From: Alphaproteobacteria bacterium | GTDB lineage: Bacteria > Pseudomonadota > Alphaproteobacteria > SPJN01 | Length of the DNA: 64,000 nt | NCBI GenBank assembly: GCA_049609145.1 | Contig: JBMYYF010000007.1 | Coordinates: 9,823 to 73,822, forward strand | Direction: 5' to 3' | Shown: positions 17,900-27,544 of the stretch, piece after piece | Position numbering within the stretch: the first letter of the stretch is position 1 | Layout of the letters: every line of letters begins with the position of its first letter | Notes under the pieces: model-generated | Databases searched by the model: none | What the model saw: only the letters and a program-made list of their open reading frames with translations | What the model was told of the DNA's origin: nothing | Position numbers and translations under genes: made by a program

Positions 17900-18453
17900 T
17901 GGGCGATACAGCCAGTATTGCGGTTACGGTGACACGGCCCCGCATTTTGGTAGCAGCTCGTTCCAGCCATCATGCGTTGCGCCTTGAAACGCCCCGACAA
18001 GTTGTGGTGGATGCAAACCGTTTAATGACTATCACGGGCGCGGAAACCAAGTGCCATATTACGCTGGGCGGCACGCAAGGCCCGGCGGGTGTTGCCATAC
18101 GTGTCCGGCTGCTGGAATTGGGCGAAGATATAGAAGCTCACCGGGCAGTGTATGTTGGAAGCGATGGCAAGGCTTACGCGGCTGATGCACAGGCGGGTGA
18201 AGGTATTCGCGCGCTTGTTGGCATTTTGATGCGTGCCGGTTTGGCCGGTGATGTGCGCGCAGTTCAGCAGCGTGACGAGATCGAAATTCCATCAGCGACT
18301 TTTCTACCCGATCGGTGTGTTGTGGTGGCCGAAAACGGCGGTTTGACACAGGGCAAACCGGCGGGTCTGCAATGGCATGCGCCGATAGGGCGGGCGTTGT
18401 CTCCAACACGAATAGAGATTGATATCGATACTCCCATCGAAAGGATTTTGTGA
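17899..18453 (+). CDS. hypothetical protein B of the 5-gene operon (184 aa)
   Basis: Translationally coupled on both sides. Gly/Ala-rich, no TM segment or signal peptide. Confidence 0.55.
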   Translation: MGDTASIAVTVTRPRILVAARSSHHALRLETPRQVVVDANRLMTITGAETKCHITLGGTQGPAGVAIRVRLLELGEDIEAHRAVYVGSDGKAYAADAQAGEGIRALVGILMRAGLAGDVRAVQQRDEIEIPSATFLPDRCVVVAENGGLTQGKPAGLQWHAPIGRALSPTRIEIDIDTPIERIL

Positions 18454-18800
18454 TGAGTGAACAAGAAGCGATTGATGCGTTGCGCCCTTTCGCGGAACTG
18501 GCGCGGGTTTTTCCTGAAAGTCAATCTGGCGAGACATGGCTATATAACGCCAATGCGGTGGACCCGGTAACAGGCGCGCGTCAAAGCGAGATTGTGAACG
18601 TGACCTTGCAACAGGCGCGTGATGCGCGTGAGGTGATCCGCCAATATGAGGTGGAGCAGGGCCTTGACCCGACCCTACCGACCTTGCCGGATATCCCCCC
18701 CGTGCCAGAGCCCCAATCTTTAGATGAGGCGCTGGAGGACAAGGTATCGGATGTGGTGAGCGGATTGACAGGAGGCCGCCTTGGGAACCGCAGCCGATAA
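18453..18800 (+). CDS. hypothetical protein C of the 5-gene operon (~115 aa, acidic, Pro-rich C-terminal half)
   Basis: ATG 18453 overlaps the B stop (TGATG); the ORF track's 18450 start is a GTG. Its 3' end carries the AGGAGG SD of the next gene. Confidence 0.5.
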   Translation: MSEQEAIDALRPFAELARVFPESQSGETWLYNANAVDPVTGARQSEIVNVTLQQARDAREVIRQYEVEQGLDPTLPTLPDIPPVPEPQSLDEALEDKVSDVVSGLTGGRLGNRSR

Positions 18801-21800
18801 TCTGGACGTTCTGCAATCGTGGCGAGGGACCGCGCCGCCTGCGCTTAATCAGGCCGTAACCCCTGTTGTGTCTAACCGCACGACGGATGTGGTGGCGGAG
18901 TGCCAGTTTGCCAACACCATTGCGCTGGCAGCGCCCCCTTCAGCCATTGCCGAGATCAGCCCCGATGGGGTGGCGTGGCAGGAAGTTGACCGATCAAGTT
19001 TTGATGTAGGCACTGTAACGCTAAGTCTGTTGGGCTTGCGCATTTTGGATGTATTGGGCACCGGCAATCGCAAGCTGGTTTTTAAGGTGCCTGCCGGTTG
19101 GCAATATCGGTTCATTGTGGCGCAGCCTTTGGGCGCTGGCACCTTGACGATACAGCGGGTTCAAGAATGGACCTTTGAAGTCAGTTCACATCGCACCACG
19201 CTTTGGGAATTTATCGCGGGTGCCCCGGCTTATCCTGATAATTCGCATGTTCAACCTTGTGACGCGCAGTGCTTTTCACCCAACCTGTTTATCGACCAGT
19301 ACAAGCGCGACACCAGCGAAGGCTACCGGGCTTTTGATGGGGCGGTTGAGCCGCCCAAGGGCTATGTGCGTGCGCCTGAAAATGGCGGCGGCAGCGGCAC
19401 CGGTGGCGGGCCATTTAGCGTCGACTTTGATGTGGTCAACGAAGGGGCCGATGATGGGGTGAACGGCTGGACCGCAGAGAATGGCAGCACATGGGGCGTT
19501 ACCAGCGCAGCGGGCGGCAATAACGCGCCCCTGCAACGCAACCAGCCCGTTTTCTTCCAAACCTCAACCGTGGCGAATGCGGTGTTGGGGCAAGAAATAT
19601 CGCTGGCCCCTTATGCGGCGACAATTGCTGCCAATGGGGGGACACTTGATGTAAGTGCGTGGCACGCGCCCTCGGCCACAAGCCCTGCCGTTTTCGGTGA
19701 TGACGGTCAGATCGGCATTCGCTTTTTGGATAGCGGCGGCGGCACGATCTCGGAAAGCTATGGCGCGTCCTCCGCCCATGGAAATAATGGTAACTGGATA
19801 CAAATTACCCACAGCGCCGCGGTGCCTGCAAATGCCGCTGATTTTGTGGTGCTGCTAAAAGACCTAAGCCCCGCCGGGCAAGTGGCAAACAGCTATTTCG
19901 ATGACATTCGGGTCATTGGCAATTTCGACAATACGGGCTTGGTGGGATCAACCAGCCAAATTTATAGCTTCTCACCCACAAACGGCGATGCGGAAACCGG
20001 CGATATTACGGGCTGGACCAGCTCGGACGGTTTGCACACGGTTTTAGCGGGCGGCAATGGGGGCAGCGATTGGGCCTTTCATTGGAACGGTAGCGCCCCA
20101 CTTAATCCGGTGCCGCAAGACTTATCACAAGCGGTGGATGTGAGCGCGCGCGCGACCGAGATTGATCAAGGCTATGCCTCGGCCACTTGTGGGGTTTACG
20201 CGAAACTGCCAGCGGATTTGCAGGAATTTGCGGAACTGTATTTTGAGTTTCGCGATGGCGCGGGCAACTACATCGGGCGTACCGATGGGGTGGCGATCAA
20301 TCAGGCGCTTATCGGCGTTGAAACATGGACGCTAGTAACGGAACAAGCGCCGGTGCCTGTTGGCGCGCGCCAGATCGTGCCGCATTTGGTTTGGGCAGGC
20401 GTCGCTGGTGCCTCGCAAGTGTTTTTCGATGATGTGCAAGATGTGGATATTATCGTGCCCGATGCTGCCGGGGGTGGTGCCCCGGTCGATAATTTGCACG
20501 TCAAAGGCCGCTTTGATGAAAACGATCCCGCGAGCTTTACGCTCAATTGGCGCAACACGGATTACACCTTTGGCGATCCTGAATTGACCAATCTTGGCGG
20601 CGGCGAATGGGAGTTCAAAGGCGATGTGGGGGCAGAAACGGCCCTCAACGATCCAGAAGAATTGACGATCAGCCAAACCGGGCAGCCCGACGATGTGGTG
20701 GAAATTTGCATTGATCGCAGCCCCCCAACAGCCGCGCTTGTCTTTACTGGCATGACGGAAGGTTTAAGCGGTGGTGCCCCGATGCTTAGGGGCGAATATG
20801 CCAAATTGTTGCCGACCTATAGCGATGACAATACGGGCATTGAAAGCGCGACAATCGGCTATCAACACCCCGCCTATTGGACGGGGGAACCGACAAGCGC
20901 CCCGGCCAGCGGGGTGGCAACGGCCTATTTCAGATCAAGCGCCAATGCCCCAACAAGCGGCGACACCGATATGATGTTGACGGTAAAGGACAAGGCCGGG
21001 AACATTGCAACGGATCAAGTCACCGCGTTCTTTGGGGCCTTGCCTGCCGTGCCCGCCGTGTCGCTCTCTGACTTAAGCACCAATATTCGCCCGGCGCATT
21101 TGAACCAAACCGAATATGCTGAAACCGCTTATGATGACAACACAATTGGCGCGCGTGTGAATATCGACCCGCCGGTCATTCGCTGCCGCAATCAGAACAC
21201 AACCGCAGGCGATGACACGCGCAGCCAGCTAATCAGCGGCGGCCTGTCAATCAACACCTCAACCATTAACAATATTCACGGGGTGGGCTTTGCCACGCAT
21301 TCCACCAATGTGCCCAGCCAATCATCAAAGTTGGGCGTTGGCTTCAAAGGCCGGGTGCTGGATCAACACTATCGCCCAACCGATAGCGCGGAAGCGGGCG
21401 ATTATGCGTTCAATGCCAGTCGTGATGATGACTTTGGACAGGATCAAACCGTGGGCATTGGCGCGCCGCCCTTCACCGGCAAAGGGGTGGAGCCTTTCAC
21501 CGATGAGAGCGCAGGCGACAGTCTCACAGATGCGCGCGTGTTTGACGGGGCCGTGGAATGGCTGGTCGATGGCGCGGTGCTGGAAGTGACCGTGGCGCTT
21601 GCCGGCAATACGGGCCAGCTCTACCAGCCGCGCCTGTTCGACAAATCAGGCAATGAGATTTTGCACGCTACCTGGGGTGATGACATCACGGTCACGCTGC
21701 ATGACGGCACCCAGTTTGTGGCCCCGACCGCCGGGGATGATTTCGGGCCGGATGCGAGCTTTGATATCGCGGCTTTGAATGGGGCTGCAAGTGTGACGGC

Positions 21801-21867
21801 GCGCGTCACGGTAAGCGATCACACCGTGCCGGATCTGGGCGTGTTCATTTTGAACTACAAGGCGTAA
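18781..21867 (+). CDS. large multidomain protein (1028 aa): N-terminal domain, Gly-rich linker, two tandem jelly-roll/CBM-like repeats, Ig-like domain, C-terminal domain; no signal peptide
   Basis: TTG start at 18781 preceded by a perfect AGGAGG (18770-18775, 5-nt spacer). No in-frame ATG for >600 codons. Internal repeats share 'GDITGWT/VNGWT ... G..W ... YFDDIRV/FFDDVQDV'. 'MMLTVKDKAGNIATDQVTAFF' resembles bacterial Ig-like (Big) domain strands. Confidence 0.65.
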   Translation: MGTAADNLDVLQSWRGTAPPALNQAVTPVVSNRTTDVVAECQFANTIALAAPPSAIAEISPDGVAWQEVDRSSFDVGTVTLSLLGLRILDVLGTGNRKLVFKVPAGWQYRFIVAQPLGAGTLTIQRVQEWTFEVSSHRTTLWEFIAGAPAYPDNSHVQPCDAQCFSPNLFIDQYKRDTSEGYRAFDGAVEPPKGYVRAPENGGGSGTGGGPFSVDFDVVNEGADDGVNGWTAENGSTWGVTSAAGGNNAPLQRNQPVFFQTSTVANAVLGQEISLAPYAATIAANGGTLDVSAWHAPSATSPAVFGDDGQIGIRFLDSGGGTISESYGASSAHGNNGNWIQITHSAAVPANAADFVVLLKDLSPAGQVANSYFDDIRVIGNFDNTGLVGSTSQIYSFSPTNGDAETGDITGWTSSDGLHTVLAGGNGGSDWAFHWNGSAPLNPVPQDLSQAVDVSARATEIDQGYASATCGVYAKLPADLQEFAELYFEFRDGAGNYIGRTDGVAINQALIGVETWTLVTEQAPVPVGARQIVPHLVWAGVAGASQVFFDDVQDVDIIVPDAAGGGAPVDNLHVKGRFDENDPASFTLNWRNTDYTFGDPELTNLGGGEWEFKGDVGAETALNDPEELTISQTGQPDDVVEICIDRSPPTAALVFTGMTEGLSGGAPMLRGEYAKLLPTYSDDNTGIESATIGYQHPAYWTGEPTSAPASGVATAYFRSSANAPTSGDTDMMLTVKDKAGNIATDQVTAFFGALPAVPAVSLSDLSTNIRPAHLNQTEYAETAYDDNTIGARVNIDPPVIRCRNQNTTAGDDTRSQLISGGLSINTSTINNIHGVGFATHSTNVPSQSSKLGVGFKGRVLDQHYRPTDSAEAGDYAFNASRDDDFGQDQTVGIGAPPFTGKGVEPFTDESAGDSLTDARVFDGAVEWLVDGAVLEVTVALAGNTGQLYQPRLFDKSGNEILHATWGDDITVTLHDGTQFVAPTAGDDFGPDASFDIAALNGAASVTARVTVSDHTVPDLGVFILNYKA

Positions 21868-21873
21868 ACGACG

Positions 21874-22404
21874 ATGGCTCTGACAAATCAGGAAGTGGTG
21901 CAAGCTGCCCCGTCTATCATCGATACTGATGGTACCTTCACGCAATTTTCCAAAGCCGCGATCATCGACTTCGCGGATCGGTTGATCCATGTGGAGTTAG
22001 GACGGTTTTTCAATAACGTGATCATTCGGCTGTATGAAAACAATGACCTCCAAAATGGCGATGGTTTTGTCGCCATCAACCTAGATATTGCCCAAAGCGC
22101 TGTTGATGTTGAGGGTGAAGGCGGTGCTATCTATGAGCTGATGTTGTCGGATTTCAGCAACACATCAACGGGTTTATATGTGTTTTCGCCTGCTATGCCG
22201 CTGCCACCCCACCTTGCGGTGCGATTGACATTGGCAGGATCATTTCAGAACCCCGCAACAGCAAACAACCCGGCAGCAACGATAAACTTTAGTTTGGTTT
22301 ATTATGCCAGTACCAATGCCCACGACGCCGGACATACACACACACTGGGCGCGCGGGTGCTGACCTTGGCGGAGGAAGGCTGGGTGAGGGAGGTTGATAT
22401 CTGA
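21874..22404 (+). CDS. hypothetical protein E of the 5-gene operon (176 aa)
   Basis: ATG 7 nt after the D stop; no signal peptide. Last gene before a 65-nt gap to the NUDIX gene. Confidence 0.55.
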   Translation: MALTNQEVVQAAPSIIDTDGTFTQFSKAAIIDFADRLIHVELGRFFNNVIIRLYENNDLQNGDGFVAINLDIAQSAVDVEGEGGAIYELMLSDFSNTSTGLYVFSPAMPLPPHLAVRLTLAGSFQNPATANNPAATINFSLVYYASTNAHDAGHTHTLGARVLTLAEEGWVREVDI

Positions 22405-22469
22405 CGCTTGACTTTCCCTTGCCTGCTTGAAACCGTGGGGCATCTGATATTTCAAATGTAAGGTGCCCC

Positions 22470-23276
22470 ATGGCTGACAAAAAAGAACCCGTGCCGATCA
22501 AACCCGCCTCTACCATTTTGCTGTTGCGCGATGGCGCAGACGATATGGAAGTGCTGATGGTGGAGCGGCATCATCAAATCGATTTTGCGTCGGGCGCACT
22601 GGTGTTTCCCGGCGGTAAGGTTGATCCGGCAGATGGGATAGACAATCCGGCCGATATTCGCCCCCTTTGTGATTGTGCAGATGATTTTGATGATCTTGAG
22701 CTTGCCTTTCGCGTGGCGGCTATTCGCGAAAGCTTTGAAGAAAGCGGCATGCTATTGGCCCGCAAGGATGGTGCCTTGGCAGGGCCGGATCATGTTGCGG
22801 CACTCAGCGATGCACGTGATGCGTTGAATGCGCGAGAAACAACTATGGGCGAAATAGCAGCGACACACAGTCTGACACTGGCGCTGGATTTGCTGCAACC
22901 CTTTGCCCGCTGGGTAACGCCCGCCTTCATGCATAAACGCTTTGATACCATGTTTTATCTGGCTCGCGTGCCTGAGGGGCAAATTGAGGCACATGATGGA
23001 TCAGAAGCGGTGGATACGGTGTGGATCAGCCCACAAGCGGCGTTGACGGCGGCGGAAGCAGGCGAGCGCACAATCATTTTTCCTACCCGCAAGAATGTTG
23101 AAAAACTGGGCCGCACAAGCAATGTGGAAGAGGCTTTTGCCGCGGCAGTGGCCGACGATATTGTGACCGTTGAGCCATGGATGGAAAAAAACGGCGACAA
23201 GCATTTGCTGAAATTGCCACCTGAAGCAGGCTATGGCGATGGCGACGAGCCGCTGGATGCCATTATGGGCGGCTAG
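22470..23276 (+). CDS. NUDIX hydrolase family protein
   Basis: Nudix-box-like 'GGKVDP...[12 protein letters not shown]' (REx2EE). 268 aa. Confidence 0.7.
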   Translation: MADKKEPVPIKPASTILLLRDGADDMEVLMVERHHQIDFASGALVFPGGKVDPADGIDNPADIRPLCDCADDFDDLELAFRVAAIRESFEESGMLLARKDGALAGPDHVAALSDARDALNARETTMGEIAATHSLTLALDLLQPFARWVTPAFMHKRFDTMFYLARVPEGQIEAHDGSEAVDTVWISPQAALTAAEAGERTIIFPTRKNVEKLGRTSNVEEAFAAAVADDIVTVEPWMEKNGDKHLLKLPPEAGYGDGDEPLDAIMGG

Positions 23277-24043
23277 CCAGAGATAAATTGCTCTGTCATC
23301 ATGCGTTCTTGCAGGTCGTGGCCTGCATCAAACAACATGGGGATCGTGATTGAGCGATCCTCAGACACTTCAACAGTATGCACATCACGTATTTCGGTTT
23401 GGTCTGCTACGCCGCTGACGGGGCGCTTGTTCTGTTCAAGCACCTCGAATTTCAGTTTTGATTCGTGTGGCAGCAAGGCGCCTTTCCATTGCCGGGGCCG
23501 AAACGGGCTTATGGAGGTGAGTGCCAGCACGCCCGCGCCAATTGGAATGATCGGGCCGTGCGCCGATAGGTTATAGGCGGTGGAGCCAACAGGTGTTGCC
23601 ACAATCACGCCATCACAGATCATTTCTTCCAGCCGTACTTTACCATCGATGGAGATGCGAATTTTGGCGGCTTGCCGTGTTTCGCGCAGCAGCGAAACTT
23701 CATTGATCGCGAGGGCTTCGTGTTTTTCACCCGATGTTTGTTCAACCTTCATGCGCAAGGGGTGCAGTTCAACACGTTCCGCCTTGTCCAGCCGCTCTGC
23801 CAACCCTTCGACATGATATTCGTTCATCAAGAAGCCAACTGATCCGCGATTTAGGCCATAAATGGGTGTGCCACTGGACATATAGGTATGCATGGATTGC
23901 AACATGAAACCATCACCGCCCAAAGCGATGATCACGTCTGCTTCTTCCGGCGCCACCCAATCATAGGCAGCGCGCAGATCTTCCGCACCTAATTCTGCGC
24001 TATCGCTCTCTGAGGCGATGAGCGCCATTTTTTTAAAAGCCAT
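23273..24043 (-). CDS. nadK: NAD kinase
   Basis: '[12 protein letters not shown]' (GGDG motif) and '[22 protein letters not shown]' (NE/D short motif region) are typical of NadK/PpnK. Start could be either ATG at 24043 or 24028. Confidence 0.8.
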   Translation of the reverse strand: MAFKKMALIASESDSAELGAEDLRAAYDWVAPEEADVIIALGGDGFMLQSMHTYMSSGTPIYGLNRGSVGFLMNEYHVEGLAERLDKAERVELHPLRMKVEQTSGEKHEALAINEVSLLRETRQAAKIRISIDGKVRLEEMICDGVIVATPVGSTAYNLSAHGPIIPIGAGVLALTSISPFRPRQWKGALLPHESKLKFEVLEQNKRPVSGVADQTEIRDVHTVEVSEDRSITIPMLFDAGHDLQERMMTEQFISG

Positions 24044-24053
24044 GAATGTCCCT

Positions 24054-25091
24054 TTAACCGCCTGTCACCGACATGTGTCGTGCAGTAGAAGGTACCGTTA
24101 CGTCGCCATCTTTGGCAATCTCAAAGAAGTGGCGTTCCGGTTTGGCACCAAGGGCTCGGACCAGAGCTTCGTTCAATGCCGTATTCGTTTGATCGGCGCG
24201 GAGGGGCGCGCGCAGATCAAGGTGGTCATCGTGGCCAAGGCACATATAGATTTGCCCGGTACAGGTAACGCGCATTCGGTTGCACCCGGCGCAAAAATTT
24301 TCACTCATCGGTGTGATGAGGCCAATCTTGCCGCCTGTTTCTTCCGCGCGCCAGTAACGCGCCGGGCCGCCGGTTTTGTCGTCCAGCGGGGTAAGGGTCA
24401 AGCTTTGTGACAAGCGAGCTTTTACATCTTGCAGGGATAGATAGGTATCAGCCCGTTCATGATCGACGGCGCCAAGCGGCATGGTCTCGATGAAGGTGAT
24501 GTCTGCACCGCGCGCATGGGCATATGCCACAAGATCTTCAACCTCATCCTCATTTTCGCCGCGCATGGCGACGCAATTTACTTTTACCTTCAGGCCTGCC
24601 GCCAAGGCAGCCTCTATCCCGTTGAGGGGCTGTTCGATTTTTCCCCAGCGGGTGAGGCGGGCGAAGCGATCAGCATTCAGGGTATCGAGCGAGACGTTTA
24701 CGCGGCGCACACCGGCTGCATAAAGCGCATCGGCGTATTTGGGTAGTTGGCTGCCATTGGTGGTGAGGGTGAGTTCATCCAGCACGCCAGTTTCAAGATG
24801 GCGCCCCAGACTTTCAAACAGGCCAATTATGCCTTTGCGCACCAAGGGCTCCCCGCCGGTAATGCGTAGTTTACGCACGCCGCGCGCAACAAAGGCGCTG
24901 CACAAGCGGTCGAGTTCTTCCAGCGTGAGAAGGTCGGCCCGTGGCAGAAAGGTCATATTTTCTGCCATGCAGTAGGTGCAGCGAAAATCACAGCGATCGG
25001 TAACGGACAGACGTAAATAGGTGATGTGTCGACCGAAAGGGTCGATCAGGGCCGGTGCAGCCTGCAAACTATCTGTCGTCATCTTGTTCAT
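24054..25091 (-). CDS. moaA: GTP 3',8-cyclase (molybdenum cofactor biosynthesis protein A, radical SAM)
   Basis: '[15 protein letters not shown]' radical-SAM CxxxCxxC; C-terminal auxiliary cluster cysteines '[18 protein letters not shown]'. Confidence 0.85.
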   Translation of the reverse strand: MNKMTTDSLQAAPALIDPFGRHITYLRLSVTDRCDFRCTYCMAENMTFLPRADLLTLEELDRLCSAFVARGVRKLRITGGEPLVRKGIIGLFESLGRHLETGVLDELTLTTNGSQLPKYADALYAAGVRRVNVSLDTLNADRFARLTRWGKIEQPLNGIEAALAAGLKVKVNCVAMRGENEDEVEDLVAYAHARGADITFIETMPLGAVDHERADTYLSLQDVKARLSQSLTLTPLDDKTGGPARYWRAEETGGKIGLITPMSENFCAGCNRMRVTCTGQIYMCLGHDDHLDLRAPLRADQTNTALNEALVRALGAKPERHFFEIAKDGDVTVPSTARHMSVTGG

Positions 25092-25185
25092 GGGGGGCTA
25101 ATAGCACGAATGACGGCGAAGCAAAATCCTGCCTTGTGCCGCTCGCGCGAATGTGAAAACTGGCAATCACAAAGCAGGAGATATC

Positions 25186-26685
25186 ATGGCTGAGCACATT
25201 TTGAGCATTGATCAGGGCACCACGTCGTCACGGGCGATCGTTTTTACCGGCGATGGACGGGTGGTGGCCGATGCCCAGCAGGAATTTGGACAGATATTTC
25301 CGGCTGATGGGTGGGTAGAGCATGATCCGCAGGAAATCTGGCGAACGGTGGAAGAAACCAGCCGGGCGGCGCTTGAAAAGGCAGGGCTTCAGGCCGCTGA
25401 CATTGCAGGGATTGGCATTACCAATCAACGGGAAACAACGGTGGTTTGGGACCGAGCGTCCGGTACGCCGATTTACAATGCGATTGTCTGGCAGGATCGG
25501 CGCACAGCGCCTTTATGCGACCAATTGCGCGCCGAAGGTCGGGAAAAAGATGTGGAGGCCTGCACCGGCCTGCTGCTTGATCCCTATTTTTCTGGCACCA
25601 AAGTCAAATGGATACTGGACAATGTTGAAGGCGCGCGCACCAAGGCCGATGCTGGCGCGCTGGCCTTTGGCACCATAGATTGCTGGTTGTTGTGGAGGCT
25701 GACGGGTGGGGCCGTTCATGCCACTGACGCCACCAATGCCTCACGCACCATGTTGTTCAACATTGATACCCAACACTGGGACCAAAACATGCTGCAAATG
25801 TTGTCGGTTCCTGACAGCCTGATGCCGGATGTGAAGGATAACGCCGCGATTTATGGCGAAACGACAGAAAATTTTCTGGGTGCGCCAATCCCCATTTTGG
25901 GCATTGCCGGTGATCAACAGGCGGCCAGCATAGGCCAAGCCTGTTTTGAGCCGGGCATGATGAAATCGACCTATGGCACAGGCTGTTTTGCGCTGGTGAA
26001 TACTGGCACCGTGCGCGCGCGGTCTAGCACACGCCTGTTGGGTACGGTGGCCTATCGCCTTGGGGGTGAAACTTACTACGCACTGGAGGGGTCTATCTTC
26101 ATGGCAGGCGCGACCATTCAGTGGCTACGTGATGGCTTGCAGATTATCAAATCTGCGCCTGAAAGTGAGGCACTGGCGCAACAGGCAGACCCGAGTTCCG
26201 GGGTCTATATGGTGCCAGCCTTCACCGGGCTGGGCGCACCCCAATGGGATGCAGAAGCGCGCGGGGCCATATATGGCATGACGCGCGATACAGGCCGGGC
26301 AGAGATTGCGCGCGCCGCGCTGGATGCGGTTTGCTACCAAACGCAGGATTTGATGAGTGCGATGGCGCAGGATATGGCGGAACCACCTGCGGCCCTACGT
26401 GTGGATGGGGGTATGGTGAACAATGATTGGCTTTGTCAGCGCCTGTCCGACATCACCGGGTTGGTGGTGGAACGCCCCCATGTTACCGAAACAACCGCTT
26501 TAGGGGCGGCATATCTTGCCGCGATGCAGGCGGGATTGATAACGGGGACGGATGATTTGGCGGCAAAATGGGCGTGTGAGCGCCGATTTGAGCCGCAAAT
26601 GAAGGCAGATGAACGCGAAAGCCTGCTGCAAGGTTGGCGCGATGCTGTTTCCCGCACCTTGAGCGCGCGACCGAACGCCAATTGA
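25186..26685 (+). CDS. glpK: glycerol kinase
   Basis: Start at ATG 25186 ([20 protein letters not shown], the FGGY N-terminal motif). ~500 aa with 'GTGCF' and '[12 protein letters not shown]' C-terminal FGGY motifs. Divergent from moaA. Confidence 0.85.
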   Translation: MAEHILSIDQGTTSSRAIVFTGDGRVVADAQQEFGQIFPADGWVEHDPQEIWRTVEETSRAALEKAGLQAADIAGIGITNQRETTVVWDRASGTPIYNAIVWQDRRTAPLCDQLRAEGREKDVEACTGLLLDPYFSGTKVKWILDNVEGARTKADAGALAFGTIDCWLLWRLTGGAVHATDATNASRTMLFNIDTQHWDQNMLQMLSVPDSLMPDVKDNAAIYGETTENFLGAPIPILGIAGDQQAASIGQACFEPGMMKSTYGTGCFALVNTGTVRARSSTRLLGTVAYRLGGETYYALEGSIFMAGATIQWLRDGLQIIKSAPESEALAQQADPSSGVYMVPAFTGLGAPQWDAEARGAIYGMTRDTGRAEIARAALDAVCYQTQDLMSAMAQDMAEPPAALRVDGGMVNNDWLCQRLSDITGLVVERPHVTETTALGAAYLAAMQAGLITGTDDLAAKWACERRFEPQMKADERESLLQGWRDAVSRTLSARPNAN

Positions 26686-26740
26686 CGAAGCGCGCCGCAC
26701 TTGTCAGAATTTGCAAAATTCCAACATAGGGGAGGCCAAA

Positions 26741-27526
26741 ATGGCAGCCGTTGAAAAACTCGAAATCCAATCCGTGCAAAATCAGGTGTCACCGGAAGAA
26801 TGGGAACAGCGGGTAAATCTGGCTGCGCTTTATCGTCTGGTCGCCCTGCATGGTTGGGATGACATGATTTTCACCCATATTTCCGCCCGCGTGCCGGGGC
26901 CGGAACACCACTTCCTGATTAATCCATATGGGATGATGTTTGAGGAAATTACCGCTTCATCACTGGTGAAAATTGACGTGGATGGCAACATTATCGGCGA
27001 AAGCCCCTTTTTCGTTAATCCGGCGGGCTTCACTATTCACTCTGCCATTCATATGGCGCGGGAAGACGCCCATGCGGTGATCCATCTGCACACCTATGAT
27101 GGTGTTGCGGTTTCCGCGCAAAAGCACGGCCTGTTGCCTGCCACGCAGACCGCGCTAACGGTCTATAGCGATTTGGCCTATCACGACTATGAAGGCATTG
27201 CGACCGATCTGGACGAACGCGAGCGCTTGGTTGCCGATATTGGGGACAAAAGCTTTATGTTGTTGCGCAATCACGGCACTTTGACCGTTGGTAATAGCTG
27301 TGCGGATGCGTGGCTGCGCATGTTCTTCCTTGAGAGGGCTTGTACCATGCAGATCCGCGCGCTGACTGCCGGTGGGGCCGACGCGATCAATCCGCTGCCC
27401 ACGCAAGATTTGATTGCCAAAGTAGATGAACAAGGGTCAGCCGCCTTTAATGGCGGCGGTGGCTTCCTGGCGTGGCCGGGCTTGCTGCGTTGGCTTGATC
27501 GCCGCGATCCAAGCTATCGCGATTAG
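26741..27526 (+). CDS. class II aldolase/adducin family protein
   Basis: ATG 26741 with GGGGAGG SD. 'IHLHTYDGVAVS' and 'LLRNHGTLTVGNS' are conserved His metal ligands of class II aldolases (FucA/AraD-like). Confidence 0.75.
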   Translation: MAAVEKLEIQSVQNQVSPEEWEQRVNLAALYRLVALHGWDDMIFTHISARVPGPEHHFLINPYGMMFEEITASSLVKIDVDGNIIGESPFFVNPAGFTIHSAIHMAREDAHAVIHLHTYDGVAVSAQKHGLLPATQTALTVYSDLAYHDYEGIATDLDERERLVADIGDKSFMLLRNHGTLTVGNSCADAWLRMFFLERACTMQIRALTAGGADAINPLPTQDLIAKVDEQGSAAFNGGGGFLAWPGLLRWLDRRDPSYRD

Positions 27527-27544
27527 AGGCAAACAATCTATTTT

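Noticed and set aside
22430-22468. GGGGCA ... TGCCCC inverted repeat between the unknown operon and the NUDIX gene
   Set aside because: The loop is ~20 nt, there is no U-tract, and it overlaps the NUDIX start region. More likely coincidental.
17337-22469. Complete prophage or integrated element
   Set aside because: No integrase, terminase, portal, capsid, tRNA target or direct-repeat att sites appear in the window. Flanking genes are core and GC looks native. Only a tail-fibre-like module hypothesis is retained.
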